A stretch of DNA of 44,473 nt from Deltaproteobacteria bacterium TL4 (GTDB lineage Bacteria > SAR324 > NAC60-12). The number at the start of each line of letters is the position of its first letter. Positions within the stretch are counted from its first letter, which is position 1. Below are positions 27,732 to 38,497 of the stretch, piece after piece. Under the pieces are notes generated by a model. The model saw nothing but the letters and a program-made list of their open reading frames with translations, made no database searches and was not told the origin of the DNA. The translations under genes were made by a program, and so were the position numbers. The DNA lies in NCBI GenBank assembly GCA_051382335.1, contig JBBCAX010000271.1, positions 1-44,473 of the forward strand, given 5' to 3'.

Positions 27732-28694
27732 CCACTGTCCCTTATTCGGTTCAGAAGGTTCATGCAGCACAGGCCCCGCATGGATGATATTGGAACGTAA
27801 GCGTTGATCCAGGACTTCTTCAGCGTATTTGCCCGTCATGAAAAATTTAATCAAATCAATACCTGTCTCAACACCCATTTCTTCCAAGACACCAACCAAG
27901 TCTTCCGAGCACGTATTGCCTGTAAATCCAAGGGAATATTTTCCTGCGCCTGTAGCGGGTTGTCCTCCTATCGCGCCAATTGAAGTATCAACATAGCGAA
28001 TTCCCAATTCAAGTGCGCTGACGGAGTTAATGATCCCTGTCCCTCGCGTATCATGAAAGTGAGCAATGAATTCCGCCTGGGGAAAGCGATCCATCAATTC
28101 AGAAATCCGTCTTCGTACCAGGATGGGGTTGGCCATGCCTGTGGTATCTCCCAACATAATGGTTTGGGCCCCTTCATCAAGATAAAACTTGGTGATTTTG
28201 ATAACATCTTCTATGGGAACATCCCCGGCGACAGGGCAACCATAAACGGTTCCAGGACATCCGATAATTTTCACACCAAGGGCATGAGCTCGTTTCATGA
28301 TAACCGCATGCTGCTGCATCGCCTCCGTATGGGACATCCGGAAATTCAGCATGTTGTGGTGTTCACTCGCGGAGATCATCAAAATAATTTCATTGCCCCC
28401 ATAGCCTTCTTTTTGACATTCCTCAAAGCGCTCAAAGCCTTTGAAATTAGGCATTAAAATGACATAAGAAACATCCGAATGTCTGTCAATCCCCTTCAAT
28501 ACCTCAACGGCGTCACCGAATTGAGGGAGAAGTTTTGGGTTTGAAAAAGAAGTAACTTCCAATTTTTTTACGCCCGCATCCTGAATGCGGTTGATCATTT
28601 CAATTTTCTTATCAGTTGGGACAACCTTGGTGATCGATTGTAATCCATCTCTTGCCCAACATTCACACACAATTACAGACGATGGTAAAGCCAT
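27726..28694 (-). CDS. Hydroxymethylglutaryl-CoA lyase-like DRE-TIM metallolyase
   Basis: RDGLQ, EVTSF..PK..PQ, YGCP..G, LGDTTG.A.P, HFHDTRG, GN..SEDLV. Confidence 0.9.
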   Translation of the reverse strand: MALPSSVIVCECWARDGLQSITKVVPTDKKIEMINRIQDAGVKKLEVTSFSNPKLLPQFGDAVEVLKGIDRHSDVSYVILMPNFKGFERFEECQKEGYGGNEIILMISASEHHNMLNFRMSHTEAMQQHAVIMKRAHALGVKIIGCPGTVYGCPVAGDVPIEDVIKITKFYLDEGAQTIMLGDTTGMANPILVRRRISELMDRFPQAEFIAHFHDTRGTGIINSVSALELGIRYVDTSIGAIGGQPATGAGKYSLGFTGNTCSEDLVGVLEEMGVETGIDLIKFFMTGKYAEEVLDQRLRSNIIHAGPVLHEPSEPNKGQWS

Positions 28695-28700
28695 AGATCC

Positions 28701-28931
28701 TCAATTAGGTGTGTTTAATAATGCTCTGGCGGCTTCTACTTCAAAAACATCAGTTTCGAAGGTGATGGCAACAGATTCCAGATATCCCTTACAGAAGAAT
28801 TCAATTCCTAACGGGTGGTTCTGTGCTCTATTAATGAGACGCCGTAAGTTTTCAGTGGAATACCTTCTTCTAGGCGCGGAAAAAGGAGTAAAAGCTAATT
28901 CATCATAGTGAATTTGTTGTTTGGGGTTCAT
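28701..28931 (-). CDS. Small hypothetical protein, likely co-transcribed with the lyase
   Basis: 76-aa ORF ending 6 bp before the lyase start. Confidence 0.65.
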   Translation of the reverse strand: MNPKQQIHYDELAFTPFSAPRRRYSTENLRRLINRAQNHPLGIEFFCKGYLESVAITFETDVFEVEAARALLNTPN

Positions 28932-29107
28932 TTCATAATCTCGCTAGAGTTCTAAATATAACTGGCTACAGGGCAAAAGGAATCTACCAGGGTAAAAGTA
29001 ATGCAAATATTAGGGAAATCGTGTTCAAAAGGCAAGTAAACACTCAATTGTGTTAAAAAGTGGGGCTGAAACCGTTCTTTTAAACTTACTCAAACCTACC
29101 CATAGGT

Positions 29108-29201
29108 ACGTTTGACCTGGAAATGAACCTTTGGACGCTTTGCGTCCGGTATCACCGCCAAACGACCAAGATCCGCATTCCCACACAAAGCATGGGAACG
29201 G
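29108..29201. repeat. Degenerate REP-like cluster (GGACGC..GCGTCC and CATTCCCAC..A.AGC.TGGGAACG)
   Basis: Hairpins at 29133-29147 and 29175-29200, resembling the TCGTTCCCACGCTCTGCGTGGGAATG REP family. Confidence 0.55.
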
Positions 29202-29268
29202 GATAACAAGGTATTGCTCGAAATTTAACAAGTGCTGGAAGAGAGATGTGCCTTTTTGAGACGGCGGA

Positions 29269-29685
29269 CTATTCCTTCAGCGTTTGATCTTTTGAGCGTA
29301 CAAGACACGTGGTATCAATACCGCCTCGTGTTTTATAGCGTGTTTTAATGACTAAGGTCTCTGGCTTCATTAAGGCCCATAAATCTTTAAAAATCAGTGA
29401 GGTTACGGCTTCCTGGAAAATACCCACACTCCGAAACGAGAGGAGGTAATATTTCAAAGACTTGAGTTCTACAATTTGAGTTTTCGGGATATATTTGATC
29501 CAAACCGTTCCAAAATCAGGAAGTCCCGAAAAAGGGCAAACTGCTGAAAACTCGTTGGTTTTATAGCTCACTTTCTGTTTCGATCCCTCATAGGGAAAGG
29601 TTTTCAATACCGTGACATCAATCGAAGCCTCCGATTCAAAGGCATAAATCCGACCCTCAGCATACTCCGTACTTGTTACATCCAT
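29269..29685 (-). CDS. queF: NADPH-dependent preQ0 reductase QueF (unimodular)
   Basis: EF.AVCP.SG.PDF, VELKSLK.Y, RGGI. Confidence 0.95.
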   Translation of the reverse strand: MDVTSTEYAEGRIYAFESEASIDVTVLKTFPYEGSKQKVSYKTNEFSAVCPFSGLPDFGTVWIKYIPKTQIVELKSLKYYLLSFRSVGIFQEAVTSLIFKDLWALMKPETLVIKTRYKTRGGIDTTCLVRSKDQTLKE

Positions 29686-29734
29686 GTTTAGAAAGGAATT
29701 GAAGTGTTCATAAAATGGGGAACCCGTTATTTTT

Positions 29735-30130
29735 TTAAGTGAATTTTGTATTTTTCAAAATCTCATTAATTTTTTCTTCAAGAACCGCTTCGGTAAAAGG
29801 TTTGACAATATAACCATTTACTTTGGCCTTGACCGCTTCCACGATGTTGGGAGTCGTGGCTTCCGCGGTTACCAATAGTACCGGAAGATGGGACAGTTTT
29901 ATTTCTTTACGGATAATTTTCAACAACTCTAACCCTGTCATTTCGGGCATATTCCAATCAGAAATCACAAAATGGACAGGTTCTGACCGTAATTTAGCCA
30001 GCGCCGTTTTTCCGTTTTCGGCTTCTGATATATGTTCCGCTCCTAATTTACGAAGGCTATTCCGAATGATCGCCCGCATTTTCGGATAATCATCAACTAC
30101 TAAAAAATGAATATCTGACGATAAGGCCAT
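29735..30130 (-). CDS. cheY: Chemotaxis response regulator CheY
   Basis: FLVVDD...MR.I, SDWNMP.M.GL.LL, PVL.VTAEA, GYIVKPFT...LEEK; adjacent to cheZ. Confidence 0.9.
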   Translation of the reverse strand: MALSSDIHFLVVDDYPKMRAIIRNSLRKLGAEHISEAENGKTALAKLRSEPVHFVISDWNMPEMTGLELLKIIRKEIKLSHLPVLLVTAEATTPNIVEAVKAKVNGYIVKPFTEAVLEEKINEILKNTKFT

Positions 30131-30151
30131 AAAACCCCATTGTATTGATTT

Positions 30152-30937
30152 CTAAAATCCCAAAGAGGCCAGCAAATCATTCACTTGATCTTGGGATTGA
30201 CGATCTTCCGCCGCTTCATGAAGAGGCCCTTGCAGTACTACTTCAGACTTTGGTGGCTCTGGACGGACATATTTTTTACCAAACGTTTCAATCAGTTGGA
30301 ACAACTCTCGTTCAAGGCTACTTAACAGCGAAACAATGCGGTTGATGATCTGCCCGGTTAAATCTTGATAATCTTGTGCCACTAAAATATCCGTTAAGGT
30401 ACTTTGGTGCTTTTCGTCCTCGGCTTTATGGTTCTGTATCATACTTTGAACTTTTTGCAAAGCTTGCATTGCAACCGCCTTCTTTCCATTCGAAAGCGCA
30501 TATTCGATTTCAGTCAGAGCATCCTCATAATTTTCGGTCCTTTGACTGAGTTCGTTCATTAACTGTTCTGATAAATCCATTGTGGTATTCGCGGCTTTTT
30601 CAGTCATGGTGATAATATGCGTAAGCCGCTGAGAGGCATCTTCCATATCATAATTGGCCATTTCACCTAAACGTTCAGGAATATCAGAATGAATGGACTT
30701 CATTTGATCGTGGAAAAATCGCACCAACTTTCCTATTTCCACAAACAGAGGTTGTTGAGTTCCATCCAGTTCACGGAGTAATCCTTCCATTTTTTCAGGT
30801 TCTGTTTCCTTCATCCTCTTCATCAAAAGGCCTAGGTGGGTAATCACATCCTGGGCGAGATAGAAGGAATCACTATCTTCGGGAACTTGACTCAAAACCA
30901 TGGTCAGTGTTTGAACAAAACTAGATTCAACGGCCAT
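30152..30937 (-). CDS. cheZ: CheY phosphatase CheZ
   Basis: DA..RL..II.MTE.AA..T, QDYQDLTGQ.I and C-terminal QDQV.DLLASLGF. Confidence 0.93.
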   Translation of the reverse strand: MAVESSFVQTLTMVLSQVPEDSDSFYLAQDVITHLGLLMKRMKETEPEKMEGLLRELDGTQQPLFVEIGKLVRFFHDQMKSIHSDIPERLGEMANYDMEDASQRLTHIITMTEKAANTTMDLSEQLMNELSQRTENYEDALTEIEYALSNGKKAVAMQALQKVQSMIQNHKAEDEKHQSTLTDILVAQDYQDLTGQIINRIVSLLSSLERELFQLIETFGKKYVRPEPPKSEVVLQGPLHEAAEDRQSQDQVNDLLASLGF

Positions 30938-30960
30938 AACTCCTCTTTGAGGTTAATAGT

Positions 30961-32115
<1,155 letters not shown>

Positions 32116-32378
32116 TTAAGTTCTCCTCCTAAAATAAAGACAATTCATCGATTATCCCTATTTTTAGGTGATCCGTCCAAAGCGAGACAAGCCGTTTTCA
32201 GAATCTTACGACTGATCAAAAAGCCTTAAAAGGTTCGATCAGGATTGAGATTACGAGTACGAATGATTAAAAAAGAGACATCTTAGCGTTACGGTCGCAG
32301 CTTTAAATCAGAGACCTGATTTTAGTTCAGGCGCTGATAGTATGATCGTTTCATGATTCCTTTCAACCCTCCTAGCCA

Positions 32379-33530
32379 TTGAAAAAAATGAGAGAATTTA
32401 TTGATAGTTATTTTACCTTTTACTATGTGGGCGTTACGCTTTTTGCCTTGTGCGGCTTAATTCTGCTCCTCAGGTTGGTATTTTCCAAGAAAAAAAGCCA
32501 ACACGAAAAATCAACCTCTTTAGAATTCACACGGTTGAACAATCGGTTCGAGAAGGATTTGGAACACTTGGAAAAAGAATTACATAAGCAGCAACCCCTG
32601 CCTAAAGGCGCAAAGAAACTGCTCAAAAAAGCACACAAGAATGAGAAGAAGCAGGAAGAAGCGAAAGAAAAAGGGGAGGCAGAAGCACAAGTTTCCAAAG
32701 TGAAGGACCAACTCGCGGCGGGGTTGAAAAGTACTGAAGTTTGGAATCAACAATGCAGTCGCGTCTTTGTTTTAAGCTTTGTGGGAAATATAATGGCCAG
32801 CTCGGTCAGTCATTTACGGGATGAAATTACCTTTCTGCTGCAAGTTGCCAACCCTGCGGATGAAATTGTTGTCTGTTTAACGAGCCCAGGAGGTGCCGTT
32901 TCTCAATATGGCTTGGCAAGTTCTCAACTGGCACGCTTAAAACAAGCAGGTCTCTCCTTAACGGTCTGTGTGGACATTGTTGCCGCAAGTGGTGGTTATA
33001 TGATGGCGGCGGTTGCTGACAAAATCATTGCGGCACCTTTCGCGATCCTTGGGTCGATTGGAGTGGTTGCCAGCATTCCTAATTTTCACAAAGTGCTGCA
33101 AAAAAATGATATTGATTACTACCTCTTTACCGCGGGGGAATACAAACGGACCGTAACCCCCTTTGCGGAAGTAACGCAGGAAGGCAAAGACAAATTCCAG
33201 CAAAGTTTAACAGACATTCATACCGCATTTAAAAATCACATCGAAACCTATCGAAAAAATATTCGAATTGATGAAGTCTCCACAGGAGAATACTGGCTGG
33301 CAACTCAAGCAAAAGAGTATCACTTGGTAGATGAAATCATGACGAGTGATGATTATTTAGTTTCTAAAATAAAAGAACACGAGGTCATTAAAATTGAGAC
33401 CATTGAACATTACCATTGGATGGAAAAAATTTTCCACTCAGGGGTTGCTTTTTTAAGCAGGTGGAGTCCTTCGAATTTGATACCTCACCCTAATGATGAG
33501 TCTTCGAGCGCTCCTCCCTTTTTTCACTGA
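32379..33530 (+). CDS. sohB: S49 family protease SohB
   Basis: N-terminal TM; SPGG.V..YGLA.SQL.RL, AASGGYMMA, APFA..GSIGV, TAGEYKRT. Confidence 0.93.
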   Translation: MKKMREFIDSYFTFYYVGVTLFALCGLILLLRLVFSKKKSQHEKSTSLEFTRLNNRFEKDLEHLEKELHKQQPLPKGAKKLLKKAHKNEKKQEEAKEKGEAEAQVSKVKDQLAAGLKSTEVWNQQCSRVFVLSFVGNIMASSVSHLRDEITFLLQVANPADEIVVCLTSPGGAVSQYGLASSQLARLKQAGLSLTVCVDIVAASGGYMMAAVADKIIAAPFAILGSIGVVASIPNFHKVLQKNDIDYYLFTAGEYKRTVTPFAEVTQEGKDKFQQSLTDIHTAFKNHIETYRKNIRIDEVSTGEYWLATQAKEYHLVDEIMTSDDYLVSKIKEHEVIKIETIEHYHWMEKIFHSGVAFLSRWSPSNLIPHPNDESSSAPPFFH

Positions 33531-33739
33531 GTTTTAAGGAACACTTCCTTTTCTCTGTCAAATTTTTTGAAATCAATGATTCTTCATAATTTGGGGTAGA
33601 CGAAGTTTAAAAAAATGAGTTATATACTTTGTATGGGTCAGCGCTCCCCACGCTTTATTCATAGATTTGATGATTCATGTTATTCGCTTTTGAGGCGATA
33701 AACTTTTAAAGTTCTGAAAATACTGTACTGGGAGTCTTT

Positions 33740-34240
33740 ATGGGAAGTAAAAACATTATACTCGAAATCTTGGAATCAAATGATCTTTCCGAATTATTCA
33801 TGGAGGAGGAAGACACCCTTTTGGAAATGGAAAACTTGATTTCCTGTCCCAAGAACGAAGAAGACCCCAAGGAACAAAACATCCCGATTTCCCAGGTGGT
33901 CCATTGGATTCACTATCTGAGAAATTTAGAGGATGTGATTGAGATCACCAAAGAAACGGCAGGATACAGCACGGCCCGTGGACTAGGTAAAGAAATGAGA
34001 GTTTCGCTCATACTGAAGTTAAGAGGAGCCATGAAGTATCCCAAAAAAGGTCAGGATTTTGGGAAAGTCTTTCGGCCAATCCATGAAACGTTGCTTGAAC
34101 TCCTTTCCCAAAAGCTCTCTTATCCTCATTTTGTCAATCAAGCGCCACCTCCTCTGTGGGAAGGATCTGAGGAGGAACGTTCAGACCTTTCAGAAGAAAA
34201 TGATATTGCAACAGAATTAGCACGCTCTGCTATTGAATAA
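33740..34240 (+). CDS. Hypothetical acidic protein
   Basis: 166-aa ORF with GGAG RBS, upstream of the USP gene. Confidence 0.7.
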   Translation: MGSKNIILEILESNDLSELFMEEEDTLLEMENLISCPKNEEDPKEQNIPISQVVHWIHYLRNLEDVIEITKETAGYSTARGLGKEMRVSLILKLRGAMKYPKKGQDFGKVFRPIHETLLELLSQKLSYPHFVNQAPPPLWEGSEEERSDLSEENDIATELARSAIE

Positions 34241-34253
34241 TTGAGAATGAATT

Positions 34254-34727
34254 ATGATCCAAATGAAACACATCCTGCTTCCAACCGATTGTTCTGAACC
34301 TTCCAAATCCGCATTACGGTATGCTTTTGAATTTGGCAAACAATTTCAGGCAGAGGTTACCTTGCTGACTGTTGTGGACAACCGTTTTATGGATTTTTTA
34401 GGTCCAGCCTATTTTCCTAATGACATGTTTAATGACCTTGAAAACAGTTTGGAAAAACAGGGCCATGAACAACTTAAAGAATTCGCAGACAAGTTTTTAA
34501 GCTCTGAAGTCAAGATGAATCTGGTCGTCCTTCAGGGAGATCCTGTCACAGAAATCATTCATTATGCGAAAGATCAAGAGATTGACGTGATTATTATTGG
34601 AACTCATGGACATACAGGGCTGGCGCATATGCTTCTGGGAAGTATTGCCGAAAAAGTCGTAAGGCATGCACCTTGTCCTGTTTTAACGGTAAAGCCTGAT
34701 AACCATCAATTTATTCCTTTGAAGTGA
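34254..34727 (+). CDS. Universal stress protein (UspA family)
   Basis: IL.PTD.S..S..AL.YA, G.P...I, IIIGTHG.TGL...LLGS.AEKVVR.APCPVL.V. Confidence 0.96.
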   Translation: MIQMKHILLPTDCSEPSKSALRYAFEFGKQFQAEVTLLTVVDNRFMDFLGPAYFPNDMFNDLENSLEKQGHEQLKEFADKFLSSEVKMNLVVLQGDPVTEIIHYAKDQEIDVIIIGTHGHTGLAHMLLGSIAEKVVRHAPCPVLTVKPDNHQFIPLK

Positions 34728-34893
34728 GTTGATCTTATCACGACTAATCACATTTCCCCGGAAGCAAAAAACACTCAATAACACTTGACTCTGTGTTTTG
34801 TTTCAAAGACATTGGGCCCTCAATGCTGAGGGGGAAGCCCTCTTATTTTGTGATTGTTTTTTCGACGTTTCCTAAACTTTTCAACGAGGTGTC

Positions 34894-35901
34894 ATGAACG
34901 AGTTATTCGCCCGGCTTCTTCAAGCGAAAGATTTGAGCTTTGAGGAAGCACGCCGACTTATTCTGTGGATTATGAGTGAGGAGGCTTCTCCAGTTAAAGC
35001 AGGTGCATTGTTAGCCCTGCTGCAAGCCAAAGGTGTGACGGTTGACGAAATTGCGGGTGCGGCATTGGCAATGCGGGAACGTTCCACAAAAATCCAAGCA
35101 CCTGAAGGAGTGATTGACACGTGTAGTACGGGGGGTAATGGAATCAGCACGTTCAATATTTCTACTTGTGCCGCCATCATTGCGGCCGCTGCCGGTGCGG
35201 TGGTCGCCAAGCATGGGAATCGCAGTAACACCCGAAAAAGTGGTAGTGCTGAGGTAATTGAGGCCTTAGGAGTAAATATTGAGATTGGAGTAGAAACGAT
35301 AGAAGCCTGTTTACAAGAGCTGAATCTTTGTTTTTGTTATGCGATTAAACATCATCCCGCCATGAAATTTGCGGGTCCTGTCAGAAAAGAATTAGGAATT
35401 CCCACAATTTTTAACATTCTGGGGCCACTGACGAACCCTGCGGGGGCAAAAAGTCAGATTATTGGGGTTTCTTCTGTAGACTGGACGTCTAAGCTGGCTC
35501 AAGGCTTGCAGCGCCTTGGGAGTGAGCGTGTGATGGTGGTTCATGGTGCTGATGGATTGTGTGAATTGACAACAACCTCAGAGACCTACGTTGCCGAACT
35601 TCGTAACGGAGAGATTCGATGTTACACCATTACTCCGGAAGAAGTCGGTTTGAAACGGGGAACCTTGGAAGAAATTCAAATTACGACTCCTCAAGAAAGC
35701 TCACAAATCATTCAGCAAATTTTGTCCGGTGAAAATCGTGGTACGGCTCGGGATATTGCCGTGTTCAATTCAGCCGGTGCTCTCGTTGTGGCGGGAATTG
35801 CCAGTAGCCTCAAAGAAGGAGTAGAAAAATCTCAGGATGCTCTGGATAGGGGTAAAGCGGCAGATAAATTAAAAGCGTTAATTCAATTTACTCAAAAGTA
35901 A
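34894..35901 (+). CDS. trpD: Anthranilate phosphoribosyltransferase (with active-site substitutions)
   Basis: D..STGG.G..TFNIST, KHGNRS, HHPAM...PVR.ELG..TIFN.LGPL.NP. Confidence 0.88.
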   Translation: MNELFARLLQAKDLSFEEARRLILWIMSEEASPVKAGALLALLQAKGVTVDEIAGAALAMRERSTKIQAPEGVIDTCSTGGNGISTFNISTCAAIIAAAAGAVVAKHGNRSNTRKSGSAEVIEALGVNIEIGVETIEACLQELNLCFCYAIKHHPAMKFAGPVRKELGIPTIFNILGPLTNPAGAKSQIIGVSSVDWTSKLAQGLQRLGSERVMVVHGADGLCELTTTSETYVAELRNGEIRCYTITPEEVGLKRGTLEEIQITTPQESSQIIQQILSGENRGTARDIAVFNSAGALVVAGIASSLKEGVEKSQDALDRGKAADKLKALIQFTQK

Positions 35902-35951
35902 TCGTTTGGTCCTTTCCAAGGAGGGGAGGAACGAATCAGGAATAGGGGACA

Positions 35952-38384
35952 ATGCGGAGTTCAGTTGTTTCTCTAGGTGTTATGGTGCTAGGAGTTTTTC
36001 TACTCTTTGGATGCGCTTCTAGCGCCTTTGAAAAAGCAAAAGGAAGCAATACCATTGCGGCATACGATCAGTTTTTAGCCGAGTATGGAGATTCAGACTT
36101 TGCTGTTCAGGCAAGGATTTTGAAGGATGACCTCTTGTTCAAAGAGGTTCAAAAGCAGAATAAGCTCGAGGCCTTTGATTCCTATGAGAAGGCCTACCCT
36201 CAAGGGACACATCGTAAGGAAATTGAGGACCTTCGTGAAAAATGGTGGTATGAACCCGTCGAAAAGGAAAAATCTCTCTCCGCTTGTGAAGCCTATCTGA
36301 AGCGTTATCCAAAGGGAAAATATCAACCCCTGGTGATTGCGTTCAAAGAGCAACTCCTCTTTAATCAGGCACAACAACAAAAGACCGTCCCAGCCTACCA
36401 AAGTTACCTGGAGGCTTTTCCCCAAGGAAAATATCGACAAGAGGCACAAAGTGCCATTGAGAAGATTGATTTTGAGACGCCTTTAAACTTAAACAACATT
36501 GCGGTTCTCAAAGCGTCAAAAGCTGAAAATTTATTGAAAGAACCTCAAAGTAAATCCGCATCCGTTGCTAAAATTGAGCCTGGCTCGCCCTTGGTTGTTC
36601 TTCAACAGGAAAAGTCTTGGGTTCAAGTGGAAACCCTGAATCAAAAAAGAGGCTGGCTTCTGCAGAAAGATCTCAACTATAACGATTCCAATGCTCAACG
36701 GGATCAAGTAAGGCGATTCATTGAGCATTATGAAAGTTATCTTAGAAAATATCCGCAAGGACAGTTTATAAAGCAAGCGAATGAGGCCCTTGAAAAAGCG
36801 ACCTATCATCTTAGTTTTCTCCTGAATACAATTGCCGCATTAGAAAGTTTTTTAAGTAAATACCCACAATCAACCTTTGCTCCAGAAGCACAGAAACTCC
36901 TGGAGGGGCTCTATTGGAAAAAAGTTCAGGAGTCGCCTTCGATTCAAGCCTATAAATTTTTTCTAAAAAAATATCCTGATTCCGCGTTTATTTCTGAAGT
37001 AAAAAGCCATATTGCACAGTTGATTGCTGAAGAAAAAGCAAAAACCCTGAAACCAGGAACCGCCCGTAGTTTGGAACAAGAAGCAGAGCAGGCGCTGGAA
37101 CAAGTTCTGACACAAGAGATGGAGACAGAAGCGCTCCTGGAACTTTTGGATACGAATGCTGAGCCTTATACGGGCAAGCATTCAGTAGAGGGATATATGG
37201 AGTATCTCCGTAAACATCGGGGAACCCCACAAGCCAGACAAGCAGAGCATTTACTCTATCAGTACTACGAGCGGGAACATACCATTGAGGGATATAAACG
37301 CTTTGTTACTGAGAATCCTCTGTCGGTTCATGTGGCAGAGGCCGTTGAAGCGGTCTATGAGCTTTACCAGGAAAAAAATACCATTGAAGGCTACGACCAG
37401 TTTATAAGCTTATATCCTCAATCCCGCAAAAGAGACCTTGTGATTCAAAAACAGTTTGAACTCTATACCCAGCTAAATTCCATTGAAGGCTATGAGATGT
37501 TCCGAAATAAATATCGTGACTCCCCTTTGGCAGACCAGGCACTTGCTTATATTTTTGTACTTTATCAGAAAAAAGGAACCGTTAATGATTATGAAGGCTT
37601 TATCAATTTACACCCCCGTTCTCCACAAGTTTATGAAAGCATTGCCGCAATCTACCGTGCCGTATTAAAAGAAAACATCATCCCGGGATATGTGTTCTTT
37701 GTGAAGAAATATCCGAACACAAGAGAAGCGCTGGATGCCTTAAAGCAAATTGAAACGCTGGCCTTCAGTCAAGCACAAAAAATAGGGACCGTCTTGGCTT
37801 ATGAGGAATTTCAACGGGCGCTCCCTTATGCTGAATATGCAGAAGAAGCAGGAAAACTGGCGTATGACAAAGAGTTAAAAGCACAGCAAACCGCTGTTGC
37901 GGCTAGTCAGAAAAAAATTAACGTCTTAGAAAAAATCAGCCAGAAAATGCAACTGGAAGCTCGATCCGCATCTCAAAGAAAGGATTATTGGATTGCCGAA
38001 CGCAAATACAACATCCTGCTTGATTCCGTGATGTTGAAAGCTACAAATGCGGTCAAACTGCTGTTGCAGGATCGGGAAGCGGAAATCAATCATTCCCGTT
38101 ATACAGAAGAGTTACAGGAGATCTTGGAAACTCAGAAAAACATCCGCCTTTTGATCAAAACGGAACTTCAGAATAGAGATACCAAAGTTCCTTCGTTGGG
38201 ATTTAGGCAAGGACAATTCGCACAAGTTGTTGATACTTATTTAGCTCGTTTGGAACGTGCAAAAGAACAATCCCTCATCCGGTCGCCCAAAGCAATTGAG
38301 GCGCATCAACAATTATTCCGATCCCGCTCGGACCAGGAACACTGTCAAAACACAGGATCTTGGTTGTGCGGTGTTGAAGACTAA
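35952..38384 (+). CDS. Lipoprotein with many about 31-37-aa helical repeats and an SH3b-like insert
   Basis: Lipobox LFGC; repeated T..AY..FL..YP.[GS].[YF]...A; VLQQEKSWVQV....KRGWL segment. Confidence 0.85.
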   Translation: MRSSVVSLGVMVLGVFLLFGCASSAFEKAKGSNTIAAYDQFLAEYGDSDFAVQARILKDDLLFKEVQKQNKLEAFDSYEKAYPQGTHRKEIEDLREKWWYEPVEKEKSLSACEAYLKRYPKGKYQPLVIAFKEQLLFNQAQQQKTVPAYQSYLEAFPQGKYRQEAQSAIEKIDFETPLNLNNIAVLKASKAENLLKEPQSKSASVAKIEPGSPLVVLQQEKSWVQVETLNQKRGWLLQKDLNYNDSNAQRDQVRRFIEHYESYLRKYPQGQFIKQANEALEKATYHLSFLLNTIAALESFLSKYPQSTFAPEAQKLLEGLYWKKVQESPSIQAYKFFLKKYPDSAFISEVKSHIAQLIAEEKAKTLKPGTARSLEQEAEQALEQVLTQEMETEALLELLDTNAEPYTGKHSVEGYMEYLRKHRGTPQARQAEHLLYQYYEREHTIEGYKRFVTENPLSVHVAEAVEAVYELYQEKNTIEGYDQFISLYPQSRKRDLVIQKQFELYTQLNSIEGYEMFRNKYRDSPLADQALAYIFVLYQKKGTVNDYEGFINLHPRSPQVYESIAAIYRAVLKENIIPGYVFFVKKYPNTREALDALKQIETLAFSQAQKIGTVLAYEEFQRALPYAEYAEEAGKLAYDKELKAQQTAVAASQKKINVLEKISQKMQLEARSASQRKDYWIAERKYNILLDSVMLKATNAVKLLLQDREAEINHSRYTEELQEILETQKNIRLLIKTELQNRDTKVPSLGFRQGQFAQVVDTYLARLERAKEQSLIRSPKAIEAHQQLFRSRSDQEHCQNTGSWLCGVED

Positions 38385-38497
38385 ACGGTGATCCCAAAGC
38401 AACACTCAATTTCCTTTGAATTGGGAACATATCCGTTCCACTCTTTTCCAATTGGCACCCATAGCCGAATAACCCAGGCGAGCTGCGGAACGAAGAT

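Noticed and set aside
29025..29231. 68-aa ORF between queF and the lyase operon
   Set aside because: Overlaps a degenerate REP cluster; no RBS or family signal.
29686..29734. preQ1 riboswitch upstream of queF
   Set aside because: The 49-bp gap lacks a convincing stem-loop plus A-rich tail; none was seen upstream of tgt either.
34728..34893. Trp attenuator or T-box before trpD
   Set aside because: A small GC hairpin exists, but there is no Trp-codon leader peptide or T-box motif.
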